The translations under genes and the position numbers were made by a program. Below, in pieces: positions 37,020 to 49,607 of a stretch of 64,000 nucleotides of DNA. The stretch is from Callorhinchus milii (lineage: Eukaryota): assembly GCF_018977255.1 (NCBI RefSeq), contig NW_024704742.1, forward strand, positions 77,998,001 to 78,062,000. The letters are read 5' to 3'. The stretch's first letter is position 1. Each line of letters starts with the position of its first letter. The notes under the pieces are model-generated. The model was not told where the DNA came from and did not search any database. It worked only from the letters and a program-made list of their open reading frames with translations.

Positions 37020-37894
37020 ATTTTAATTTACATTTTAATTGTATTTTAATTCACTTAATTATTTCTTTCACTTGCATTGTGTATGTCACTCTGGATGTAA
37101 TGATTATTCTTGCATATATGTACTATATTGATAAAAGTTTATCATTGTTTTAAAATTTGTGTGAATTCTTACTGTGCTTATCTACAGTTACGCAATTTAA
37201 ACCATAGGATTTCTCTATGATTCTTCTTTATTATGTTTCTGGAAGGGAAACAAAAAACTATAGTCTATGCGGCCTGTGGACTTTTTTTAAATGTGGTATC
37301 TAGCTCTTAGCCCCCAAAAGATTGGCCCACCCTGCTCTAAATAACTCTCTAACTTGACGAAGGACATACAGTAATGAGGTCCACTTCAGAAGGGTCTACT
37401 ATGCACACAGCGAGCAAGGCTTAAGTGAGATAAACATACATTGCTTTGTTTACACAGTAACATCTTCAGTTTCCAGCTTTAGAATTATAACAGCTTTACA
37501 TCTGATAACAATAAAAAAAAGTAGAAGGAGAAAGAGAGAGAAAATGAGTTAAGAATCAAAGCGCAAGAAAACAAGACTCAATTTTGTTTTCATTTGTACA
37601 TCAAGCTTGCACTGTGGCCAGTCAATGTCTAATCAGAAGAGTCAAGGCCAAATACCATATTTTCCCCATATCCTCATAGCTTTCATATATTCAGGAATCC
37701 AAATAACTCTTTAAATAACTTCTTAGCTTCTACTGTGTACTGCAGGACTTTGGCGTTCTATTCCTGTTAAATATTTTACATCCACACTCAGTGTTCCTTG
37801 CTCTAGTGGGTGATTTATTCAGAGATTATGCATGAAATATCCCTTTGGCTTTCAGTTGTTTCCACTGCATTACCAAGACTAATTTTGATTTTTC

Positions 37895-38095
37895 TCTTGG
37901 GAATGTCATCCGCAGACATGGGGTACACTTCCACATGTACGCAGACAACACCCAACTCTATTTTTCCACCTCTCTTTGCGACCCCCAGTCCCCTGATGTT
38001 CTGTCAGTCTGCCTGTCAGACCTCAGGAGCTGGATGAGCGCAAATTTCCTTCAGCTGAACGTTGACAAGATGGAAGCCATACTCTTTGGCTCTCG
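37895..38095 (+). mobile_element. Internal L2 RT fragment
   Basis: LGNVIRRHGVHFHMYADNTQLY..WMSANFLQLNVDKMEAILFG. Confidence 0.85.
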
Positions 38096-39089
38096 TTTAT
38101 TTTTGTTATTAAATGTATTTTTTTTTCGTAGTTTTGGGTTGTTTGTAAAACAAATCCAAGATGTTACCATATCATGCAGCAAATGAAATGCCAATATCAG
38201 AGCTGCTCAAATCAGATTTCCTTTTCTGTTATTTGATTCTGGAAGTTTGTGTCCATTGATGTCAGACAAATTCATAAGAGCAACACTAAGTGGAATTTGT
38301 ATCTAATATGGTTATGGAGTTGATTTCTAGAGAACAACAATTTAAGATTGGGAGCAAATGAACAAGTGGGGAGATTAGGAGATTTTTTATTATTAGGATA
38401 TGGAATACACTAGGAGTGGTGGTTGATGCAGAATCCATATAAGCTTTCAAAAGAGAACTAAATATCTCAAAAACAAATAAACTACAAGGCTATAATGAGA
38501 TTGCTCTTTAAATGAGCAAGCATAACAACATAAGAATTTGCTAGGCTGAAGAAGACCAAGGTCGAGTTCGCCTTCCACCATCCTAGCAGTCGCTTGACAT
38601 ATCGTATCCCAAACTATTTGTTCAGCTTTATGTATATATGTTCTAATTAACAGCGTATGCAATTCATCTTTGAAGGAAAATTTCGTTATTTTTTCTTATC
38701 AAAACTTAAGCACAGATATGAGAGGCCGAATGGCCATCTTTTACTCTCTAAAATTGTTATGGTAATAACAGTAATCCTTGCAGTTTGGTATAGTATCTAT
38801 ATTGTCAAAGGTCTGAAAGCACTTCACAAAGTTTCTATAGAGTGTAACAAATCCAGCAGCCAGTCTTCTGGCAGGGAAGATTTTTTTTGGATAGGAAGAT
38901 GGATAGAGGAAAAAACAGACAGAGGGGAGGGGGAGACAAAGTGGGGAGGAAAGAAATTCAACACAACAACTTGCATTTATCTAGTAGCCAGCCCTCAGGA
39001 AAACATCTCAGATGGCTGTACGGTCAAGGGAGAATGGGAGAGGGAGGTGAGCATAGGCATACACTGTAACATGTAGAATTTTGTTGGTG

Positions 39090-39390
39090 AACCAGGCACC
39101 CAATTGTGCTCAATATTAAAGGAGAAATACAATGGAAAAAACAATTTTATCTGAGGGATTGTTGGCCAGGGCACGGGAGATGGGGCGGGGGGAGGGATCT
39201 CCCCTTCTCCCCTCTCTTTTGAATATAACCATGGGATCTTTAATATCCACTTGAACAGGCAGACAGGACTTTGGCATTAACATCTCCCCAGCACATCAGT
39301 AGAATACCAGCTTAGACTGAGTTCAAGTCCCGACATGTGGGGTTGGACTCATTACCTGCCGATTCAGAAACAAAATGTTACTAACTGATC
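39090..39390 (-). mobile_element. Long Deu-like SINE fragment
   Basis: gggattgttggccagg...ccatgggatctttaatatccacttgaacaggcagac. Confidence 0.65.
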
Positions 39391-39399
39391 CAAATAAAC

Positions 39400-40338
39400 A
39401 CTATTCCTTAAGTCCATCTCGTTCGCCTTCCCCTTCGTGGCGGTCGCATCCACATATGTCCCAAACTACTGCATTCGATCTCCCTGCTTCCCCCCTTGCC
39501 CTCCCCCAACCCGACCCTCAGCTCGGGGTCCCATAATGTTATTTCCTAAAAGAAAACGACATCAGTTGCAGGTGCTGACAGCATCACCATCCATGGTTGT
39601 ACACCCCACCTTGCTAAGCCAGTCCGGAACCTTGAGGTCTTGTTTGACCCTCAACTATCCTTTCTACCCCCCATCGGTGCCATGACCCGCTCTGCCTTCC
39701 CCACCTCCGCAACGTCGCCCGGCTCCTACACTGTCTCACATCACAGACTGCCGAAACCCTCATACACGCTTCCATTACATCGAGGCTCGACTATGCAAAC
39801 ACACTGCTTGTCGGCCTCCCCAACTCCTCCCTCCATAGGCTGCAGATCATCCAGAACTCTGCAGCCCGTGTCCTCTCCTGCACCAGGCTCCACAACCCTA
39901 CCAACCGCATCCTCGCCGACTCCACTGGCTTCCCATCACACAGAGGATACAGTTCAAGATCCTGGTCGTCACCTTCAAAGCCCTCCGCGGTCTTGCTCCC
40001 CCCTACCTCTGCGACCTCCTAACCCCCTAACACCCTGTTCGCTCCCTCCGCTCAGCGGGCTCCGGCCTGCTTCACGTACCCCGCCTTGCTTGCCCCACTA
40101 TTGGCGGGTGGGCCTTCTGCCACTTTGCACCCACCCTCTGGAACTCCATCCCGCAGTCCCTCCGTTTCGCCCCCTCACTCGCCACCTCCAAGACCCACCT
40201 CAAAACCCTCCACTTCAACCGTGCTTCCCCCCCAACCTCCCCTTCCCCCACACCGACCCTCAGCTCGGGTCCGTAACTCTGTCAGTCCAGCGCCTTGGGA
40301 CGTCTCCCGACATGAAAGGCGTTATACAAATGTAATTG
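39400..40338 (+). mobile_element. Two adjacent L2 3' fragments, the second ending at the gap
   Basis: Short 3'UTR piece at 39400-39532, then 39570-40338 with SRLDYAN..LQIIQNSAARVL; ends catgaaaggcgttatacaaatgtaattg. Confidence 0.88.
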
Positions 40339-40368
40339 NNNNNNNNNNNNNNNNNNNNNNNNNNNNNN
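40339..40368. other. Assembly gap (30 N)
   Basis: Run of n in the sequence. Confidence 1.
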
Positions 40369-40511
40369 CTTTCGACAAGGAGTAATAGTGATAACACCAA
40401 CTAATTCCTGGCATCCACCTTGGAAGTTGATAGATTCCATGAGCTAAAATTCTGAGAAAGTACATTACTCTGAAGTCTACAAATACGCTGTTCTAATTCT
40501 AAGTAGGCAAA

Positions 40512-41090
40512 TCAGGGTACGAAGTGGTGTTCTGCAAGGATTGGTATTGGGACCACTGTTGTTCACAATTTACATTAACGATTTGGACTCGGGGATCGAA
40601 AGTACAATTTCAAAATTTGCGGACACCACCAAACTGGGGGGTGTAGTTAATACTGAGGAGAACTGCAACAAATTATAAGACATTAATAATCTTGCTGAAT
40701 GGGCATTTCATTGGCAAATTAATTTCAATAGAGATAAGTGTGAGGTGGTACATTTTGGCAGGAGGAATAAGGAAGTCACATACTGCCTGGGAAATAAGAA
40801 TTTAAATGGGGTAGATGAGCAAAAGGATCAAGGAGTCAGAAGAAACTTCTTTACCCAGTGAGTGGTGGGAATGTGGAACTCGCTACCACAAGGAGTAGTT
40901 GAGGCGAACAGCATAGATGCATTTAAGGGGAAGCTAGATAGGTACATGTGGGAGAAAGGATTAGAAAGTTACGCTGATAGGCTTAGTTGAGGAAGGGCAG
41001 GAGGCGGCTCATGTGGAGCATAAATGCTGCCATAGACCAGTTGGGCCAAGTCGCCTGTTCTGTGCTGTATATTCTTATGTAATTCTATGT
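40512..41090 (+). mobile_element. CR1 3' fragment (copy 2)
   Basis: Duplicate of 16468-17046. Confidence 0.9.
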
Positions 41091-44000
41091 GAAAAAAGAT
41101 GGCTTAAATGGATATAAGAAACCACTTTCGGGCATACTGTTGTTCCAGGATTATAACAAAAAAGCGACAACAAAAGAAATGTTATAGGAGTTGCAAGGTA
41201 TGAGTAACCCACCGTATCCGTTTACAAGACCTGTAGCATTACGGCATTTATTATACTGTACATTTATATTCGCTTTCTCGATCCAGCACTAAACAAAAGT
41301 TAGTACAAATCCAGTTTAAAGAGCATTAACTCTGAGTCGTGTTCCAAAAGAAAAATTCATATATTGCTGACAATAGAAATCTATAAACTAAATTTATTAT
41401 TATTACAGTTGTATCATTGTAGGTGTCGTTCTTCCCACAAGACGTTAAACCAAAGGCCCATCTGCCTGGTTCAGTTGAACAGTAAAGATCCCATGACACT
41501 ATTCAAAAACAGAAGGCTAACAATCCTGCAGATAAAATTGGGCATTGTTCTGTGCAAATTGGTTGCCACATTTGCTTACGATATACACAGTCATTACATT
41601 TTGTTGTGGATCATCTGAAGCACTTTGAGACATCATCCTGTTGTGAAAGGCACTAGTACATCAAGTTAAGAGGAATATTATATCACTAAACCTTCCAGAA
41701 TACCCACACTAATGTATCAAGTACCCACTCACTATTACAAAATCAAGCCGTTTCTTAAATAAGTCCAATGCCCAGGCCTGTATCAGGGGCAGGGAGTCAT
41801 CCCACTCAGCTCCTAGCTGGCCAAGCAGCGGGAAAGCTTGCTCGACAGTAAAATCAATGGCAAGCTATGAGGTTTTAGCTGGTTAGGCTCCAGAAGTACA
41901 TCATCAAACACATTCTGGGGTCCCCTAGATCAAAAGGCCTGTATGACACCACCCTTCCTGGTTTAAACCTTCCTGGTTTAAGCGCTTTGAGACTCTACCC
42001 TGCATGGAGGGTGCTATGTAAGTGCAAGTTGTTGTTAAATAAATACTTATTTCTGTTATGAAGTTGCCTTCTTGTTCTCTTACAGTTGTGAAAGGTCTTA
42101 AAAATTGGGCAAAAATTAAAATACTACATGACAATTATAAACACACGTACACCCAGAGCTGCCACCAATATCAAGCGCCTCGCTAGAGTGCAAGTCTGCT
42201 AATAACGCAGATGTTCTGTGGTTAACGGAAGCCCCGTACCCTTTCAGATTCAAGTGCGAACTGGCCGACTTCCTGCAGCTTCTCATACAAGCCAACTGAG
42301 ACCACTCTCGTGAGTATTTCCAGTGCTGGAAACAAGAGTTGTCAAGGCTGACTAACCAGCTTCTTGCCCATTGTGCAGGAAGCAAGTAGGACTACCCTGA
42401 AAGCGAAGTCAGCAATGACTTGCTAGCAGGATATATACATATAATATATATTATATATAAAATAAAGAAAGCAGCTGGGCAGTGTGGCACTATAGTGACA
42501 GTAAAACTCCTGGTGTGCAAAGTTTTTGCTTGCTACTATAGCCATGTTGTTTTGGGCAATTTCCATACAGTTTTCATATTCACAATGGGGCTGGTCCCAA
42601 TTAGTGTAAATAACAGGCTCCCGACTGTAAACCAGGATTCACTCAGCATAGGAATAAATAGGAAAGGGATTATTATTTTCTCATTCTAAGTAATCACTTC
42701 AGAATTTACATTTCCAAACTTACAACCCATTTTTGTCACCAAACTGAACCCAGCATTCCAAATGAATTCTACAACAACTTGCATTGCATTTCACGCCAGA
42801 TGGTGTCTTGGAGTGCTTATCTAAGTAACACTCTGTTTTCCTGGAGAAATGCTTCTTTGCTTTTCAATATCTGGTTATGAAACACAAAATCATATTAGTG
42901 CAGGCTTTAAAGAATGCTTTCTGCACCTACAAACTAAGTTCTAATGACTTATGGACTTGTGACTCCCAATTCCAGCCTGGTGCTTCTCCATTCAGAACAT
43001 ACAGTAGAACCTCACTAATCCGGTCTCTCAAGTGACTGGGCAAGTGATCTACTTAGTGAGGTGACCTCACCAAGGTGGGTAATTGGAGTGAGGTACAGAT
43101 CAGCTATGATCTAATAGGATGGCAGGACAGGCTTGAGGGGCTGAATGGCCTAATCCTGTTTTTTCAAGGTACATCTCAAAACATAGCTTTTTGACCACGC
43201 TTTCGATCATCTTTCCCTCCCCACCACTTGGCTCCCAATCTCGGCTCTGGTGCCCAGAGAGAATTATCAGATACTTTGTGACGTCCTCCGACATAAAAGG
43301 CACTATATAAGTGTAAATTGTTTCTACCACCTGCAGTTTGGTTTGAGCAGTTTCCAGCTGTTTCCCTATGCTGACTCTTCAGTAAGTTTCTCTTGGTCCT
43401 CATCAGGATTGTCTCATGAAGCGCTGACTATTTTAAGCACCCACTTCTTTGTTGAAAAGCTGTTAGTCAGTCAGAAAGAGGAAGCATAGATACTGGTTAA
43501 GGTAGCTGGTCATAGATCTAATAGGCATTTTAGGAGCAATTTCTTCACTTAGAAGGCAGTGAGAATGTGAAACTCATTGCTAGAAGCTGTAGTTGAATTA
43601 AAAACGCATCAACATAGTTAAGAAGAAAAACTTGACGCATACAGCAACAACCACAAAATTACATTTGTATTGTGCCTTTCACGTCGGGAGGACGTCCATA
43701 CATGCAGGAGAAAAAAATAGTAGGGCCTAGGAGAGAGACTAGGAGGGTGGGGCTAATATAAACACTGAAACAGAGAAGTTGACCGAATGGCTGATTTCCT
43801 TGCTGAATCATTCTGTAAATTTATCATGCAACACTCCACCTGCTATAGCTCTACTACTCACAATCTATCCACGACTCTTTGATATTTTCAACACCTCCAA
43901 ATCAGTGTCATCAGCAAAACTTGGGAAATAATCCCCTTAGTCATGTATCTAAGTTATTCATACAACAGTAAAAGTCTGCAGAAACCACTCGTCCAATGTC

Positions 44001-44967
44001 ACAAATCAGAGAATTTCCCTCTTATCCTAACCATTCGCTTCCAAATCAATTGGCCTATTCCTTCCGACAATTCATATAAAATTCCAAGCATCACCCCTCT
44101 TTGTCTATCACTTCAATAGTCTGTCAAAGAACTCTCATTACTCTTCCCCTGATTTGCGCATGTTAATCTGATGGTAGTCTGTTAGAGGAACTAGGAATAG
44201 GCAATATTACCAACACATTGGACAATACTTAATTAATTAGTTTTTCCTGTCTCACCTTTAACAAAAGCAATTTGAGGGGACGGTAAGAGTGTGTGGGCAA
44301 TCAATCTCTTGCAACACAGAAAAGGCAGAAGACCTCATCATGTATTTCACGAATGCTAATGATGCTGTAACTATGCCATGTATTTTGGATTGCTGACAAG
44401 AATTCTGCAATGTATCAAAAACATAGTCGGACTTCCCCATTTGAATGTTCCAGTACAAAATGGGTTGCAAAATATTTCCATTTTCTCCTCCAAATTAACA
44501 ATACAGTGGCTTGAAGTACTACCTGTTCTCTTACCTCTGATGTGGATAAATTCAAACACATTAATTATTTTATCTTTATGTTTGAAACATTACTTTCCCT
44601 AGAAAGCACACTCAGCAGAAGCAGCAGCTGACATGATGAGGTTATTAGTTTCATAACTTAAAAAGTTGGAAACTCCCCTGATATTGCAGAGGAAATAGAC
44701 TTAAAATTAAATAGATGAGTGTTAATTTCAGTATACATTGTACAGAAAACGAACTAAAGTTAACCCTTTGTAGCAAACTTGGCTAAACTGTTTGTACAGA
44801 CACAAAGCAAGCTGTTAGCAATACAATTAACGACTATTTAGGCGATTCACAAAAAAAAACTTCTCTCCCTGCACACAATAAATCCAAGTTTTCTAATGGA
44901 ATTAGCAAATTAGGCTCATCTATAAATCACCTACTTATATACCAGTTGTTAATTACCCTCTGGGTGG

Positions 44968-45290
44968 TAATAATAATAATAATCCATGCATTTGATATAG
45001 CGCTTTTCACATCTTCTAGACGTCTCAAAGCACTTCACAGAATATACTGTAAAGTGAATTGACTGTATATTTGTGGGTGAAACGCGGCAGCCAATCGCGC
45101 ACAGCAGCATCCTACAAACAGTCGTGGATTGAAAATGACCAATTTATTATTGTTTTGGTTTTGGAGGGATTATTATTAGGCTCTGTGTGGAGGAAGGAAA
45201 CTTGCCCAAGGTTTCGCCCTGTGCCTGGAATTGAACTCAGGTCTCTCACTTGCAAAGCGAGTGCTCTAACCACTGAGCTACAGGACTCCA
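44968..45290 (-). mobile_element. Short tRNA-Ala-like SINE (copy 2)
   Basis: Duplicate of 20930-21243 with small insertions. Confidence 0.9.
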
Positions 45291-48200
45291 CAAAGCTTTA
45301 CCAGGAAGGGTAAAGAAAACCTTCCTGGTGTCTGTCAATGACAACAACAACAAAATTACATTTGTATAGCGCCTTTCACTTCAGGAGGACGTCCCAAGTC
45401 GCTGGACAGACAGAGTTATGGACCCGAGCTGGGGGTCTGGGTCGGGAAGGTGGAAGGCGGGGGGGGGGGGGTAAGCCGGGAAGATCGAAAGCACGATCGA
45501 AGAGGAGGGTTTTGAGGTGGGGTTTTAAGGAGGCAAGGGAGGGGGGCGAGACGGAGGACTGCGGGATGGAGTTCCAGAGGGTGGTGCAGAGCGGGGGAGT
45601 GGTGCTTAAGCAAATAGGATAAGTAGGGAGGTGTGACAGCATGAAGGGATTTGTAAATGAGTGTAGATGATCTTGAAATCAATCCATTTGGTAATTGGAG
45701 CCAATGAGCCTGATAATGACTGATGTGACTGGAGTACAGGTGACTCTTGGGCAGCGAAGTTTGGGATTAATTATATTTTGTGTATGGTGGAGCTGGGGAG
45801 ACCAGCGAGGAGGGCATTGGAATAGTCCAGCCGGAAATCGCCGAAGGCGTGGATGAGGGTTCGGCTACATCGGTTATGAGGTAAGGATGGAGGTGAACAA
45901 TGTGTCCTGAAATTACCCGTTACTACACTGAACTCTGTTATTTTCACTTGGCATATCTCAAATATTGGTTCTCAAGCCATCTGAATGTTGTACTCAATAC
46001 TTAACTTGACAATTTGATGATGATCATCAGCATCATGGGTTACCAATAATGAACATATAAACCATAACAAAAAAGAGCATCCTATAAACACTCACAAGAT
46101 TGCTTTGGCACGCAAACAGACTGAACTGATCCAGGGTTTCGGATGATGGTTACAAAAGTGCCTGAGATTTGTGCTATGGTCTGATAACCCCACCAGCTAA
46201 CCCCTCAAATACAGGAGTACGATTTTTCCACAGGCAACACACACTGTTTCATGGAGAGATCCTCCTGGCTTGGTGGGATGGCCATAATTGAAAGGAAAAG
46301 GCCTATCTTCACTACCCCAGCTGAGCCCTAACACCTCTGATTTCACATCTTATGGTGCACATTCTTGACACAACAACTTGCAATTATATAGTGCCCTTCA
46401 TGTGGGTAGTCTCAGAGCGCAAAACAGTGGCGTTGACTGCCCCTGAACCAGGGAACAAGAGGAGGTGACCATAGGCTCGGTCAAAGTGGAAGGTCTTCAG
46501 GTATGATCTGAAGCTGGACAAAGAACAGGCAAAGCAGATTGAGGCAAAGAGCTCCACAGTACATTTATGTGGAATTCAATCTAGTTTGGATACTTTTGAG
46601 CATGTGTCTGACACCCAGCTGACCAACAAAAAAAGATGTTACGAATAAGATCAATCCAGTTTGCATTGTGGGCCGAGCGTTGTGCAGGAAATAACATGTA
46701 TGATTATCCTTGCTGATCATTGGCAAATAAAAAGGAAACTGGAACCAGAAGGTTATGATTCATACAGCCAGAACTGAAAGCGTTTGTAAAATAGAGAAAT
46801 TCCTTTGTGACTACACTACGTGTGTTCTACCACAAAGACTGCAGAGAAATTCCTGTTACTACTTGCACGCATTTACACCATAAAGTCTTTCTAAAACAAG
46901 ATTCACTGTGTGAAAGTTTCAAGAGAACCTGAAAAAAATAAAAATCACATGGTACCAAAGGAAATGACATCTTCAGACCCTCAATGAAACAATGTGCTGT
47001 GAACGGAAAAGGTTTTGTAGTATCTGCCTCTGTCACAATATTCTGCATTTAACTTGTACTGACCCAAGACATAAAGCAACTGGTGATTGCCATCGTCAGT
47101 CAGACCAAAGGATTTTTTTCTGCAACAGTTTCATTGAACTTCTAGAAAAGCTTTTATCAAAACAATACCAGAGTCTTAAACAGTCTTTCAATACCAATGT
47201 CATTCTGAATGTCCTCAAATAGATTCATTGCATTGTAAACACTTGTAAGATTACAAAATTAAACAGCACTGTACAGTTCCTTCTAGAGGGATGCCGTGCA
47301 CATTGACTAGAACAATGATTAACACACAGGAAGCAGATTTCAAAAATCAAGTAAGATGTGAAACACTTTTGCAGCAGCTACCGTTCCCCATTACTGTAAA
47401 TATTGGAACTGTTCACTCACTAAAGTTCACCAGTCTTCTACCAGAGCTGAGCTAAACCAAGGACTGGTAATCTCCTCCTCCTGCAAAGTTGAAATAAACC
47501 AAAAAACCTGAACTTGCCTTGTTAAGCAGCAGCATCGACCGAGTGCCTACCCGCCATAGTCACAAGAGCTCTGTGGGATTTCCCTAGTTTATTCTCGTGG
47601 CCTTACACACCACTTCAAACAACAACTACACTGACACTACAGTGACAGACATTCATATATAATGTCCATGAACCTTCACAGGAGGTTTAAAGAAATACAC
47701 CTGTTTCTCCTGGTGTCCTGGCCAACAATCCTGCAAATAAAATTGGTCACTCACTCTATGGTTGTTTGTGGGGCATTGCTGTGCACATAATTGGCTGCTG
47801 CATTCTCCCACAAAATATACATAGTCACTCTTCTGTACAGTATATCCTATGAAGCACTTTGAGACTTCGACAATGTGCTAAGGTATTATATCAAATGCAA
47901 GGATTATAAAAGAAGCAGCTGCCACCAAATGAAGGGATAGTTTGTGGAACTGGCTGGTGACGTACCAATGGACAGTAAAGTCCTTCTCTAGAGACGGGAG
48001 ACAGCATTTCATTCCCCTCCACGGACACATGAAAATGTTCAGCACTAAAGGTGCTATTTGAACCATCGCGTTTGTGCCTTTCTTTATCGAAGCGGTCTTT
48101 TTTAAAAAAAAAATTCACAATCTCCAACTTCGCCCCACTCCATTTCCTTTGAGCTTTGTGCTGCTCAGGTGTTTACCCACCTTTGAACAATTCTATTTAA

Positions 48201-48890
48201 TCCAACCTCAATAGACACTTGTGGTAATGAATTCCAACCTCCAAAACCCCGAGTGAAGAAATTCCTCCTACACTGATGGTTCTGCTACCAATTCTGAGAC
48301 TATACCCCTCATCACTATTTCTCCAATTAAAGGAAGACGTTTTCCCCATTTATCTAGTTCTGTCCCTTCTGAATCTCAAGGATCCCTCTCATAACCCCTT
48401 TGCCACACCAGAAAAAAATCCCAATTTTGCCAGCCTCGCTTCATACAGAATATCTTCATTACTTTAAGTGCCACCAAAGGAGGTAGAACATACGTAGCAA
48501 CCATAAACAAATTAGGCTATGTTCATTCTGTGAGTGTTTCAGAGATGCTTCACTCAATATTGCCTCAAGTAAATAATTTAAAATTTAAATGAGCTGCCAG
48601 CACAAAGCCTGACGCCATCCTATGTTTTAAAAACAATTTCAATGACTCATCATGGAAAAAAATTGCATACATATTAACCAGTTTCAATTGGGGAGTTGGC
48701 GATTTACTTTATAAGGATTGTTTGGCATTTTAAACGTAATTCAGCTTTCAATTCAATGCTAGCAAAGCCTTTATCACCTATATTGGATTTGTCACGCAAC
48801 CAACATGTCCTGGAAAACCTGTGACTCTTTGAACACCGTTGCAATAAGAGGGTAGGAAAATAAAGTTTGAATTCACATTGGAGTTCAATA

Positions 48891-49607
48891 TGGAACCTCA
48901 GCGTCCTGTTCGACCCTCAACTGTCCTTCATCCCTCACAACCGTGCCACGACCCGCTCTGCCTTTCCCCACCTCCGCAACATTGCCGGCTCTGCCACTGT
49001 CTCTCATCACAGGTCACTGAGACCCTCATCCATGCATTCATCACATCCAGGCTCCACTATGCAAACTCCTTGCTTGTCGGCCTCCCCAACTGCTCCCTCC
49101 ACCGGCTGCAGATCATCCAGAACTCTGCAGCCCATGTCCTCTACCGCACCAGGATCCACAACCCTATCACCCCCATCCTCTCCCGGCTCCACTGGCTCCC
49201 CATCACTCAGAGAATACAGTTCAAGATCCTGGTCCACACCTTCAAAGTCCTTCACAGCCTTTCTCCTCCCTACCTCTGTGACCCCCTAATCAACCTGTCT
49301 GCTCCCTCCGCTCAGCGGGCTCCGGACTACTTCACGTCCCCTGCCTTGCCTGCCCTGCCATTGGTGGGCGGGGGCTTTTAGCCAGTCCGCCCCCATATTC
49401 TGGAACTCCATCCCACAGTATCTCCGCCTCGCCGCCTCCCTTGCCTCCTTCAAGACCCATCTCGAGACCCTACTCTTTGACCATGCCTTTTGTCACCCTC
49501 CTACCCCTCCCCTCCCCAACCCCCAGCTCGGGTGCAGATCCCTGACTATCCAGCGCCTTGGGACTCCTGATGTGAAAGGTGCTGTACAAACGTAGTTTGT
49601 TGTTGTT
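48891..49607 (+). mobile_element. L2 3' fragment (copy 2)
   Basis: Duplicate of 24850-25566. Confidence 0.9.

Larger units (their letters stand above)
34645..37334 (+). mobile_element. Decayed hAT/Charlie-like non-autonomous element interrupted by L2
   Basis: Left end CAGAGTGGTCCTA followed by ggcccacaggctgcatcaggcc..gatgatttaatccagcc. Right end reverse-complemented is CAGGGTGGGCCAA (10/13 match). Flanking 8-mers ctcaaggt and ctctaaat match at 5/8. Confidence 0.55.
16397..40338 (+). repeat. About 24 kb segment, copy 1
   Basis: Begins tgagctaaattctgagaaagtac and is collinear with 40440-64000. ORF-track entries recur at about +24040 to +24150. Confidence 0.98.

Noticed and set aside
43700..44330. 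Dense single-base indels relative to copy 1 as a mutation hotspot
   Set aside because: Nearly all are gains or losses in homopolymers, the pattern of low-coverage sequencing error.
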